A DNA stretch of 51,376 nucleotides, from the NCBI GenBank assembly GCA_964343265.1, contig CAYFIW010000006.1, forward strand, positions 1-51,376, read 5' to 3'. This document shows positions 18,374 to 27,826 of this stretch, in pieces. Origin of the DNA: an uncultured Dehalococcoidia bacterium (GTDB lineage: Bacteria; Chloroflexota; Dehalococcoidia; Lucifugimonadales; UBA826). Position 1 is the first letter of the stretch. Each line of letters begins with the position of its first letter. The notes under the pieces are model-generated. The model had not been told where the DNA came from. It searched no databases and saw nothing but the letters and a program-made list of their open reading frames with translations. The position numbers were made by a program, and so were the translations under genes.

Positions 18374-19660
18374 TTAGTTATTTATCCGATCTGAAGCGAT
18401 CTCAAACGCATTAATTGTTTTCTTTAAATCGTCTTCACTATGTTCAGTTGAAAAATAGAATTTTGTGGTCCCCTTGAAAATGCCATTTTCAAGCAAGACT
18501 GAATTGAATTTTGCCAAAGTGCTTGGGTTTCCAAGAATACTAGTTCTGTAGTCATAAACGTCGTGATCAGTAAAAAAAACGTCGAAGAGTATTGGCTCAC
18601 CTACGACTTTTGCCGGGATATTAGCATCATCGAAAGTACTTTGTAGTGCTTTCATAGTTTCCATACCAGTTTTGAACATACTCTCGTAAATGCCAGGTGT
18701 TTTCAGTATAGATAAAACCTCTAGGCCTGCAGCACATGCCACTGGATTGCCACTTAGTGTTCCTATCTGTGGCATAAAGTTTTCTTTTTCTACAGAATCA
18801 GAACTGAAGTGATCCATTAAATAATCTTTACCAGCTACGGCTGTAAGAGGGAATCCTCCAGCAACTGCTTTTCCTAAGGTACATATATCAGGCTCTACGC
18901 CGTAATATTCTTGAGCTCCCCCGTAAGCGAAACGGAATCCAGTAACAACCTCGTCAAATATTAGTGGTATCTCGTAGTGTTTTGTTATCTCTCGTAGCCC
19001 TTCTAAAAACCCTTTTCGTGGAGGAATTAATCGTTGAAATGGTTCAATAATAACGCCACCTAACTCATCGTGATGCGTCTCAATTATGGCCGTTGTTATT
19101 TCTAGATTATTAAAGGGTGCTATTAACATTTCTTCTGCTATTGAAGCTGGTATCCCCGCGGAATCAGATTCTGCTTGAGGGTATTCCAGGGATTTGGTTG
19201 GAGACATACTCATTAGAGCGTAGTCATTCATACCATGGAATCCGCCCTCAAATTTTAGGATTTTATCTCTGCCCCGGAATGCTCTAGCTGTTCTCATTGC
19301 GTACAAGGTTGCTTCAGACCCTGTGCTGCAAAACCTCACTTTCTCCGCACATGGGACAGCGTCCACGATTTCTTCTGCAAGAGATATAGCTTTCTCATTT
19401 GTTGCAAAAAAAGTAGTGCCGCTATCAATCTGAGATAATACAGCTTCCGTGACCTTTGGATGCGCGTGTCCCACGATCATAGGTCCGGACCCAAGAAGAT
19501 AATCCACGTATTCGTTACCACTTTCGTCCCAAATATGGCTTCCTTTGCCATGACTTATAATTGTTTCGTATGGGAGATTTCCGAGTGATCCCTGAGGCAA
19601 AACTAATTCGGCTCTTTTTAGCATTTGATTTTCGCGTTCAGTTTTGGTTTTTGACTTCAT
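18374..19660 (-). CDS. Class III PLP aminotransferase (GSA aminomutase-like)
   Basis: STGSEAT, KFEGGFHG, IFDEVVTGFR, LGKAVAGGFP, GTLSGNP; SD GGAGG. Confidence 0.88.
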   Translation of the reverse strand: MKSKTKTERENQMLKRAELVLPQGSLGNLPYETIISHGKGSHIWDESGNEYVDYLLGSGPMIVGHAHPKVTEAVLSQIDSGTTFFATNEKAISLAEEIVDAVPCAEKVRFCSTGSEATLYAMRTARAFRGRDKILKFEGGFHGMNDYALMSMSPTKSLEYPQAESDSAGIPASIAEEMLIAPFNNLEITTAIIETHHDELGGVIIEPFQRLIPPRKGFLEGLREITKHYEIPLIFDEVVTGFRFAYGGAQEYYGVEPDICTLGKAVAGGFPLTAVAGKDYLMDHFSSDSVEKENFMPQIGTLSGNPVACAAGLEVLSILKTPGIYESMFKTGMETMKALQSTFDDANIPAKVVGEPILFDVFFTDHDVYDYRTSILGNPSTLAKFNSVLLENGIFKGTTKFYFSTEHSEDDLKKTINAFEIASDRINN

Positions 19661-19870
19661 CAACATCCTCCGAATTAAAATAGTTTTTCATACAGATGTA
19701 GTTTTTTTGTCTGAATGATTGATATAAAAGTATTCTAACGATTTGACTCTATAGGTTCTATAGAACAAATGGCAACAATAAATTATGTATTGATACGCCG
19801 ATATTACTACGATTGATTTACTGAAAATTATGTTTTTTTATTCAAACTTCATATGGAGGGATGTTACGAA

Positions 19871-21385
19871 ATGAAAATAAGTCTTGTGGGTGACCAGATA
19901 TCTGAAATTCAAACGGATTGTGTTGTTATGGGATTGTTTGAAAACGATCAGGACAACAATGAGTGTTTCAAACACTTAGATTTAAAATTTGATAAAACTT
20001 TTTCTGAATTGATCTGTGATGGAGAGATAACGGGAAAATCAGATTCACTTACGCTAGTTCATACATTGAATAAGATTATTCCCAAAAGGGTTTTGGTCTG
20101 TGGATTAGGAAGAAAAGATGTGATCACAAAGAACAAATTAAGAGACTTTTTATCAGCTGCTTTTAGAAAAGCTAGGGCCAGCAGTTCATCTAGCTGCTGT
20201 GTAGTTGTTAGTTCTTTCACGACGAACTCTATAAATTCAAATGAGATTATTTCCATAGCATCTGAATCGTTTAACTCAGGACTATATAAATACGAGGTAT
20301 ACAAGTCCTCAAAGAATGAATCTAATATCGATGAATTAACGCTTGTGTTAGAAAGCAACGATTTTTCAAAAAATCTAGAGACTCTGCAAAAAGAAGTTTC
20401 ATATGGCGAAATTATTGGTCAATCGGTTAATCTCGCACGAGATCTTTCAAATGGACCTCCGAATTACATGACACCAACTCATCTTTCTGAGGTAGCAATC
20501 GATACATTGGCAGGTACAGTAGTTAATGTTGAGGTTATGGACAGCGGAAAGATGGAGGCTATGGGAATGGGAGCACTTCTCGGGGTTGCGCGGGGAAGCG
20601 CAGAACCTCCCAAGTTAATTGTCATGGATTATATTGGCGACAAAGATAACCTAGGTAATTCCATTGCTCTACTCGGAAAAGGGATAACTTTCGATAGCGG
20701 TGGACTGGATTTGAAGTCTCCTGCAGGTATGAGGACTATGAAAGGAGACATGGCGGGTGGCGCTGCAGTAATTGGAGCAATGAAATCAGTTGCTTTTCTT
20801 AAACCTAAAATAAATGTTTTAGGCATTGTTCCTGCGACAGAAAATATGCCCGGAGCTTCAGCTCAACGCCCCAGCGATGTTGTAACTGCAATGGACGGTA
20901 CAACTATTGAAATAGACAATACCGACGCAGAAGGGAGATTGGTTCTAGCTGATGCGGTCTGTTATGCAAGGTCGAAAGGGGTAAATAGGATAGTTGATGT
21001 AGCGACCTTAACAGGGGCGGTTAGATCCGCACTAGGAGATCAATGTATAGGTGCATTTGGTAATGACCCACTTTTTACTGAAATGGTTATTGATGCCGGT
21101 GATAGGGTGGGGGAGAGGATCTGGGAGCTTCCCACATTTGAGGAATATAAGTCTCAATTCAATAGTGACATAGCTGATTTGAAAAATTCTGGAGGGTCTG
21201 GAGCTGGGGCAATCACGGGAGCTATGTTTATAGGAAGTTTTGTCGATGAAGCATCTTGGGTTCATTTGGACATTGCTGCAACGAGTATGACTAGTAGAAC
21301 AAAGGGAGATCTTGTAAAGGGAGCAACTGGATCAGGTGTGAGGACTTTGATTGAATTGTGTGAAATACTTGCTGATGAAAATTAA
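19871..21385 (+). CDS. pepA: Leucyl aminopeptidase (M17)
   Basis: GKGITFDSGG, MKGDMAG, NTDAEGRLVL, DVATLTGA; SD GGAGG. Confidence 0.95.
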   Translation: MKISLVGDQISEIQTDCVVMGLFENDQDNNECFKHLDLKFDKTFSELICDGEITGKSDSLTLVHTLNKIIPKRVLVCGLGRKDVITKNKLRDFLSAAFRKARASSSSSCCVVVSSFTTNSINSNEIISIASESFNSGLYKYEVYKSSKNESNIDELTLVLESNDFSKNLETLQKEVSYGEIIGQSVNLARDLSNGPPNYMTPTHLSEVAIDTLAGTVVNVEVMDSGKMEAMGMGALLGVARGSAEPPKLIVMDYIGDKDNLGNSIALLGKGITFDSGGLDLKSPAGMRTMKGDMAGGAAVIGAMKSVAFLKPKINVLGIVPATENMPGASAQRPSDVVTAMDGTTIEIDNTDAEGRLVLADAVCYARSKGVNRIVDVATLTGAVRSALGDQCIGAFGNDPLFTEMVIDAGDRVGERIWELPTFEEYKSQFNSDIADLKNSGGSGAGAITGAMFIGSFVDEASWVHLDIAATSMTSRTKGDLVKGATGSGVRTLIELCEILADEN

Positions 21386-21398
21386 TATTTCTTGACTA

Positions 21399-21428
21399 GG
21401 TCATGTGAAACGAAGTTGTCACATGACC
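21399..21428. promoter_or_regulatory. Perfect 10-bp inverted repeat; candidate operator or pepA 3' hairpin
   Basis: GGTCATGTGA-N10-TCACATGACC. Confidence 0.55.
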
Positions 21429-21445
21429 ATTCTGTATGTTAGATT
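21416..21445 (+). promoter_or_regulatory. Candidate promoter for the HTH gene
   Basis: TTGTCA-N18-TAGATT with an extended -10 TG. Confidence 0.5.
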
Positions 21446-21499
21446 CTGAACCTAGTTATCATAATTCGCTACGCGACATTGAATTCATAAGGAAACTAA

Positions 21500-21796
21500 G
21501 TGGTACAACCCCATACACCCAAATGGACCTTCATTACTAATCATGGATTGGTGTTGAGTTACATATTTCACAATTCCACTAGTACAGCTAGGGAAATAGC
21601 CAATCACATTGGTGTTACAGAGAGAACTACTCATAAAATAATTTCCGATCTTGAGGGTGCAGGATACATAAAACGGCAAAAAATTGGACGACGTAATGTA
21701 TACAACGTTGACCCACAACTTCCACTTAGGCATCACACGAAGACTGATATAATGGTTGAGGATTTATTAGAGTCTTTGACAGCCAATCCTGATTAA
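21500..21796 (+). CDS. Small winged-helix transcriptional regulator
   Basis: WTFITNH..VL, TAREIA..IGVTERT..KII.DL...GYI.R.K.GRRN.Y; SD AAGGA. Confidence 0.88.
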   Translation: MVQPHTPKWTFITNHGLVLSYIFHNSTSTAREIANHIGVTERTTHKIISDLEGAGYIKRQKIGRRNVYNVDPQLPLRHHTKTDIMVEDLLESLTANPD

Positions 21797-21847
21797 CAGC
21801 ACACGTTAATTTTCGATCTAAATTTTTAAAGACTGTTAACTCCGCCG

Positions 21848-21877
21848 TTGACCCTGTTTCGTTTCCAATGCTAGACT
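21848..21877 (+). promoter_or_regulatory. Promoter of tRNA-His
   Basis: TTGACC-N18-TAGACT with an extended -10 TG, ending 12 nt before the tRNA. Confidence 0.65.
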
Positions 21878-21889
21878 TTTTCACGTTGT

Positions 21890-21967
21890 GGTGAGCGTGG
21901 CCAAGTCGGTTAAGGCGCCAGGTTGTGGCCCTGGAGATCGAGGGTTCGAATCCCTTCGCTCACCCCA
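21890..21967 (+). tRNA. tRNA-His(GTG)
   Basis: Encoded G-1; acceptor GTGAGCG/CGCTCAC; anticodon arm CCAGG-TTGTGGC-CCTGG; TTCGAAT; C73 followed by CCA. Confidence 0.98.
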
Positions 21968-22012
21968 TAGATCCCAATTACGGAATAATTTGGGCAAATT
22001 TGTGCCTGAAAG

Positions 22013-23161
22013 GTGAGTGGATTGTTAAAATTACCGGCGAACTATTCCATTGTTCGAGAAGGAAAACCCAATGGGGAAAATTGGATTTTTCGTATAACTA
22101 CTTCTTCTGGGCGTGAAATCAGTGCAGTTGCTGTGACTCAACCAAATAAATCCAGAACTGGCCCTACTTGGTCATATGTTTTTGAAAACATTGGGTTAAA
22201 TTCGGTTGATGTTGGTAGTCCCGGTTCATTTGAAAGCCTTAAGGATGGATATAAGGCTGCAGGGATAGATTTGGCAGATGTTACTAACGTTATAGTTACT
22301 CATGGTCATTCGGACCATGATGGCACAATACCAGAGTTTATAAAAGAATCTAACTCTAGGTTATTTGCTCATGAATCTTACGACTTATTGAAGGCATATA
22401 GATCCTGGGATATTCAGGATTTTTCCGCAACGATACTTAAAAGGGAGTTAAGTGCTTTAGGGAAAAAAATGATCGATAAGGATACGGTTAATCAAAGGTT
22501 AAAAAGTGATGGTGAATATTACCATTTGAAAAAGTCTACCAAGGTGAATTCTAACTTGTCCCATGGGGATAATATTGGCGATATGAAAGTTTTATCTACC
22601 CCTGGCCATTCACCTGATCAGATTTGCTTAGAGATAGACAACATTTTGTTTACTGGAGATCATGTGCTCCCAGAAATCACTCCTCATCCAACTTCAAAGA
22701 TGGTGTTTAAAAATTCAGTAAATTTGGATATCAAAGCTTCTAGGTTAGATTTGGAAAGTCTTTATGGATTAGGTGTTTATTTGGAATCTTTGGGAGTTAT
22801 CACTCGTTTCGAAAAGGAAACGGTTTTGCTACCAGCCCATCGTCTTTACAACCGCGGACATTTAAATGAAGTTGTTCCAAGTAGAGCTAAAGATATTATT
22901 GATCATCATTCTAGAAGATTGGCTCGACTTCTTAAATCGATAGGAAGCGGGGAATCTAGCCTTGAGGATATAACTGAAGGTATATTTAGCAGAGGTAAAT
23001 TGCTTGGAGGAAATTTAATGGCTGCGGTGTCTGAGGTGGTCGCACATCTTGAATTTCTTGATGATACTGAAGATATAAAAGTCGGCGACGATGGGTCTAT
23101 CTCACTTATATCTGGTGCACATCATAACTACCCTCAAACAATTGAGAGGATGCTTTCTTAG
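22013..23161 (+). CDS. MBL-fold metallo-hydrolase with C-terminal winged-helix-like tail
   Basis: THGHSDH, TPGHSPD, FTGDHVL, LPAHR. Confidence 0.85.
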   Translation: MSGLLKLPANYSIVREGKPNGENWIFRITTSSGREISAVAVTQPNKSRTGPTWSYVFENIGLNSVDVGSPGSFESLKDGYKAAGIDLADVTNVIVTHGHSDHDGTIPEFIKESNSRLFAHESYDLLKAYRSWDIQDFSATILKRELSALGKKMIDKDTVNQRLKSDGEYYHLKKSTKVNSNLSHGDNIGDMKVLSTPGHSPDQICLEIDNILFTGDHVLPEITPHPTSKMVFKNSVNLDIKASRLDLESLYGLGVYLESLGVITRFEKETVLLPAHRLYNRGHLNEVVPSRAKDIIDHHSRRLARLLKSIGSGESSLEDITEGIFSRGKLLGGNLMAAVSEVVAHLEFLDDTEDIKVGDDGSISLISGAHHNYPQTIERMLS

Positions 23162-23262
23162 GACGTCCACTAATTACCTCATAATACCTGGAGTTTAGTC
23201 AGATATGATCTGTCAATTTAAGTGGAGCCAGTAAGTTTTCTGATAAATCTAAAAGGAGATAT

Positions 23263-24111
23263 ATGTCCACAGATCCAGTTGTAGCGATCACGGAACAAAA
23301 TGCTGAGGGCCAAGTGGCTGAAATATATCAAGATATTCGCTTTACTCTTGGAGTGCCCGTAGTTAATTTAATTTGGCGACATTTGGCGACATTTCCTGGG
23401 GCCTTAGAGTGGAGCTGGGCATCTGTAAAGCCTTTATATGAGGAAAACATTATTCATGCTGAAGCTTCTGCGCTGCGTAGGAAAATTTCGGTGCCAGTGG
23501 ACTTTGGATTATCCCCCTTACATTTGAAAGCTTCTGGGCTTGCAGAGGACGATGTATACTCTATAAAAATCGTTCTTGATAGCTACCATAAAAGTAATGC
23601 AATGAATCTCATTTCCCTTAGTTCTTTGCTTGCTAGATTAAATGGTAAATCTACAAACTCTGCTAATTACATTGATCTGTTGGATTCTGTCGAAAGTAAA
23701 GGTGTTAATGGGCATATGCCTGAGCTAATACCTTTAAATTCTATGCCTGAGTCTACTAGAAATTTAGTTATGGCTATAAATAAGATTGGTGGGCGGGAAC
23801 AAATATTGCCGAGTATGTATCGTCACTTAGCCAATTGGCCACAATTTTTAGCTTTAATTAGCCTGCTTCTTTTACATTATGAAAAAAAAGGAATCTTGGA
23901 ATCTCACATTGAATCTTCAATAAATGAGGCTTATATAAGGGGTGTTCAAATAACTGGAATGCTAGCCGTTCCTGATTTCTTTATTTCAGACGTTGTGGAG
24001 TCACAAACTAAAGATGCCCTAGAGAAATTTACGAAAGGTCCTCTTGGAAAAATGACAGCTATTGTGTCTATAATCATGAACTCTATATCTTTGGGTTCTT
24101 GTACTAAGTAG
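23263..24111 (+). CDS. DehI-like (group I haloacid dehalogenase fold) protein
   Basis: YQDIRFTLGVPVVN..RHLATFPG.L..W and second repeat SMYRHLANWP resemble the two DehI repeats; SD AAGGAG. Confidence 0.65.
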   Translation: MSTDPVVAITEQNAEGQVAEIYQDIRFTLGVPVVNLIWRHLATFPGALEWSWASVKPLYEENIIHAEASALRRKISVPVDFGLSPLHLKASGLAEDDVYSIKIVLDSYHKSNAMNLISLSSLLARLNGKSTNSANYIDLLDSVESKGVNGHMPELIPLNSMPESTRNLVMAINKIGGREQILPSMYRHLANWPQFLALISLLLLHYEKKGILESHIESSINEAYIRGVQITGMLAVPDFFISDVVESQTKDALEKFTKGPLGKMTAIVSIIMNSISLGSCTK

Positions 24112-24164
24112 TAACATGTATTTTGTTGCTTTAATAGAGATACAAATACAAGGCTTAAAACGCT

Positions 24165-24185
24165 AATTTATCAGCAATTTATCAG
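24165..24185 (+). repeat. Tandem direct repeat AATTTATCAG x2 (11-bp period)
   Basis: Copies at 24165-24174 and 24176-24185. Confidence 0.6.
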
Positions 24186-24255
24186 TATTAACCATTTTCG
24201 GAAGATAAAAAGGGTAGGGGAAAAGGCCTGATTTGTGACTAGGAATGCCGATTAT

Positions 24256-24331
24256 GCGCCTGTAGCTCAGTGGATAGAGCAGTGGTCTTCGAAGCCACGT
24301 GTCGGGGGTTCGAATCCCTCCAGGCGCGCCA
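24256..24331 (+). tRNA. tRNA-Arg(TCG)
   Basis: Acceptor GCGCCTG/CAGGCGC; anticodon arm GTGGT-CTTCGAA-GCCAC (TCG at 24289-24291); TTCGAAT; encoded CCA. Confidence 0.97.
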
Positions 24332-24336
24332 CGGTA

Positions 24337-25365
24337 TCACATCGTTTTTTGTGGAAATAGATGATTGGTTCTATTGACAAAATACACCAAAGATAACATG
24401 ACAGGTACTTCTACTAAGACTCCCACAACTGTGGCCAGAGCTGCTCCTGAGTTCAGCCCATAAAGAGATATAGCTACTGCCACGGCCAACTCAAAGAAAT
24501 TTGAGGTTCCAATCAGACATGCAGGGGCCGCAATGTTGTGGCTAAGCTTTAGTGAACGCGCGGCCGTATATGCGATGGCAAATATACCGTAGGTTTGAAG
24601 GATGAGTGGGATTGCGATAAGAGCTATAACTTGCGGTTTGTCTATTATAACTTCCGCCTGAAAACCAAATAAAAGAACTACAGTAATTAACAAACCCAAT
24701 ATTGACATTGGTTTGATGTTCGCCAAAAAGCTCTGTAGAGCCATATTCTCAGCGTTAGAGGTAATTTGTAATCTTGTTATGACTCCAGCTATCAAAGGTA
24801 AAACAACATATAAAATTACTGACAGTATCAAGGTCTCCCAGGGGATATTTATATCTGCTATGCCAAGTAAGATACCCGTAATCGGAGCAAAGGCAAAAAT
24901 CATTATTACGTCGTTTACTGAGACTTGTACTAATGTGTAGTTGGGGTCTCCTTTAGTAAGCTGACTCCATACAAACACCATGGCAGTACAAGGTGCGACA
25001 CCTAGAAGTATCATGCCTGCAATATATTCTGTACCAGTAACAGGATCAACGAGGTCCACAAATAATATTTTGAAAAACAGCCAGCCAAGGCCTGCCATTG
25101 TAAATGGTTTTATTAACCAATTTACAACCAACGTTAAAATCAGGCCTTTTGGTCGTTCGCCTAGATTTTTAATAGATGAAAAATCAACTTGGACCATCAT
25201 TGGGTAAACCATCACCCAAATACACAACGCTATGACAATATTAACGCTTGCGAATTCTATATCGGAAACCTGGCTAAACAACTCAGGGAAGAGATTGCCT
25301 AGAATAACGCCTGTGATTATGCTTACCCCAACCCACACGGATAAATAGCGTTCGAAAATTCCCAT
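24337..25365 (-). CDS. acr3: ACR3 family arsenite efflux transporter
   Basis: [45 protein letters not shown]. Confidence 0.95.
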   Translation of the reverse strand: MGIFERYLSVWVGVSIITGVILGNLFPELFSQVSDIEFASVNIVIALCIWVMVYPMMVQVDFSSIKNLGERPKGLILTLVVNWLIKPFTMAGLGWLFFKILFVDLVDPVTGTEYIAGMILLGVAPCTAMVFVWSQLTKGDPNYTLVQVSVNDVIMIFAFAPITGILLGIADINIPWETLILSVILYVVLPLIAGVITRLQITSNAENMALQSFLANIKPMSILGLLITVVLLFGFQAEVIIDKPQVIALIAIPLILQTYGIFAIAYTAARSLKLSHNIAAPACLIGTSNFFELAVAVAISLYGLNSGAALATVVGVLVEVPVMLSLVYFVNRTNHLFPQKTM

Positions 25366-25635
25366 TATAGTAAACCTGTCTCACATTTAGAATTTTTTAA
25401 TTTGCAAATTATTTGGGTCTGATCTCATCTCTAACAAATAAGCCACTTTGAGGACATAAGTATAAATTGAATTTCAGCTTAAAAGTTATAACGACTGAGG
25501 CTAAAAGTATCAATCAATTATTTCTACTGAAATAAACTTCCATTTGGTTTATTCAGCAGAAAACTTATATTTATTGAGGTAGTATGTGCGAGAAGGTACA
25601 GGATGCGTTATTGATTGATATGGAGGAATAGAAGG

Positions 25636-26787
25636 ATGAGAGCAGTTGTATATAAAAAACCTTTCGAGGTCGCTGTTGAAAACGTTGAAGATCCAAAAAT
25701 GGACCATGCGAATGACGTTATTGTAAGAGTGACCTCTACTTGCATATGCGGTTCGGATCTACATATGTATGAAGGAAGAACGGCCGCAGAGCCAGGAATA
25801 ATTTTTGGTCACGAGAATATGGGAGTTATCGAGGAAGTTGGGCCGGCTGTTAAAAATCTCTCAGTTGGTGACAGGGTTGTGATGCCTTTTAATGTTGCCT
25901 GTGGGTTCTGTAACAATTGTCAAAGGGGATTTACTGGATTTTGCACTACTGTTAATCCAGGGTTTGCCGGTGGGGCTTATGGGTATGTATCGATGGGCCC
26001 ATGGCCTGGTGGTCAGGCAGAATATTTAAAAGTGCCATTCGCAGATTTTAATTGTCTAACCTTACCGAGAGGGAAAGAATTCGAATCTGATTTCGCATTG
26101 TTGGCTGATATATTCCCTACTGGATATCATGGTGCTGAACTCGCTGACGTCAAACCGGGAGAAAGTGTGGCTGTTTTTGGTGCTGGGCCAGTTGGTTTAA
26201 TGGCCGCATATAGTTCTCTTATAAGAGGTGCGGCTGAAGTTTATGTAATTGACCATGTAAAAGAACGATTGGAAAAAGCTGAAAGTATTGGTGGAATACC
26301 CATCAACTTCGATGACGGAAATCCTGTAAACCAAATACAGGATTTCCGGAATGATATTGGTGTAGATAAGGGAATAGACGCGGTCGGCTATCAGGCCGCA
26401 GCGGAAGGCTCTTCGGCCGCAGGGGGAGAACAGGAAGAAATTCCTAATATTGTTTTGAACCAAATGATTGACGTGGTCAAACCGACGGGAGCCATGGGAA
26501 TTCCGGGCTTGTATGTACCCTCAGATCCTGGGGGTGTTAATGAGTCGGCGAAATCAGGTTCTCTTCTTTTAAGTTTCGGAAAATTGTTTGAAAAAGGATT
26601 AAGACTTGGTACAGGGCAATGCAACGTTAAAAAATATAACGCTTATCTTCGCGATCTCATAATTTCGGAGCGAGCGGCACCTAGCTTTGTGGTTTCTCAT
26701 GTTATTTCTTTAGAGCAGGCTCCAGAAGCATATACAAAATTCGATCAAAGAGTGGATGGATACACCAAGGTGATTTTGCAACCATAA
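25636..26787 (+). CDS. Glutathione-independent formaldehyde dehydrogenase/dismutase family (Zn-MDR)
   Basis: CGSDLH, GHE, CGFCNNC..C, GGQAEY..VP.ADFN, DIFPTG, DAVG; SD GGAGG. Confidence 0.88.
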   Translation: MRAVVYKKPFEVAVENVEDPKMDHANDVIVRVTSTCICGSDLHMYEGRTAAEPGIIFGHENMGVIEEVGPAVKNLSVGDRVVMPFNVACGFCNNCQRGFTGFCTTVNPGFAGGAYGYVSMGPWPGGQAEYLKVPFADFNCLTLPRGKEFESDFALLADIFPTGYHGAELADVKPGESVAVFGAGPVGLMAAYSSLIRGAAEVYVIDHVKERLEKAESIGGIPINFDDGNPVNQIQDFRNDIGVDKGIDAVGYQAAAEGSSAAGGEQEEIPNIVLNQMIDVVKPTGAMGIPGLYVPSDPGGVNESAKSGSLLLSFGKLFEKGLRLGTGQCNVKKYNAYLRDLIISERAAPSFVVSHVISLEQAPEAYTKFDQRVDGYTKVILQP

Positions 26788-26857
26788 TTTGATTTTCAGG
26801 CCTCGATTGTTGTTAGACATTAATTTTTTAGGGAATGGATTTTGTGAAGGAGTTATT

Positions 26858-27814
26858 ATGCGAGTAGGAAATGGTAAGCATAACTATGATTGGGTCGAAA
26901 AATGGGGTCAGATGCCAGATACAGATAGTACAAGGGAAGCTTGGTCCCATCATGGCATAGTAGTTTGCGAGAACGGGAATGTCGTCTCATTCCACCAAGG
27001 TGATAGGAAACTGGTAGTTTTTAACCCATCGGGCGAGCTTATTTCTTCCACGGTTCTTGATGTTGAAAATGCCCACGGTATGACACTTACAAATGAGGGT
27101 TCTAATGAATTTATTTGGATAGCGGATAATATTTCCGGAAAGGTACTTAAGGTAACCCTAGACGGGAAAGTCGTATTGTCGCTTTCTAAACCAGAAATAG
27201 ATACATATGGAAATGGAGGCAAGTATGCACCGACAGACGTTGCGATATTCGAAGAAAATAATGGGGGTAACGGTGAGATAGTTGTGGCCGATGGATATGG
27301 TAGTAGTCTAGTAAATTTTTACACTAGGCATGGGGAGTTCCAGCACAGTATAGATGGTTCATCTGGAGAGGGAGGTTCTTTTTCTACACCTCATGGCATA
27401 TCGATTGATAATCGAAAATCTGTTCCTGAGCTTTACATTGCTGACCGTAGCAACGGACAGATACAAGTCTACAACCTGAAAGGAGAGTTTTTGAGATGTT
27501 TTGGTAGAGGACCGGGAGCTGACTGGCTACATAGTCCCAGTGGTTTTGCCTCATTTGGAAAATATCTCGTTGTTGCTGAATTAAGAGGCTCTAGACTTAC
27601 ATTGTTGGATTTGGATGACGAACCAGTTGCGTATTTGGGGGAAAACACAGGAGCATTTAAATTTAACGAAGGGTGGCCAAATGTTCCGCACGAAACTCTG
27701 GTACCCGGGAAATTCAATAGCCCTCATGGTGTGGCAGCGGATACTGACGGAAATATATTTGTTGCGGAATGGCTTATTGGAGGACGTATCAACAAATTGA
27801 CAAGATCAACTTAG
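26858..27814 (+). CDS. NHL beta-propeller, PAL (peptidyl-hydroxyglycine lyase)-like
   Basis: AHGM, PTDVA, VADGYG, FSTPHGI, IADRSN, FNSPHGVA..G.IFVAEW; SD AAGGAG. Confidence 0.75.
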   Translation: MRVGNGKHNYDWVEKWGQMPDTDSTREAWSHHGIVVCENGNVVSFHQGDRKLVVFNPSGELISSTVLDVENAHGMTLTNEGSNEFIWIADNISGKVLKVTLDGKVVLSLSKPEIDTYGNGGKYAPTDVAIFEENNGGNGEIVVADGYGSSLVNFYTRHGEFQHSIDGSSGEGGSFSTPHGISIDNRKSVPELYIADRSNGQIQVYNLKGEFLRCFGRGPGADWLHSPSGFASFGKYLVVAELRGSRLTLLDLDDEPVAYLGENTGAFKFNEGWPNVPHETLVPGKFNSPHGVAADTDGNIFVAEWLIGGRINKLTRST

Positions 27815-27826
27815 CTAATTGTCTAG

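Noticed and set aside
18374-19660. Assigning the symbol hemL
   Set aside because: GSA-aminomutase-like, but there are no hem genes nearby and motifs diverge; left as a class III aminotransferase
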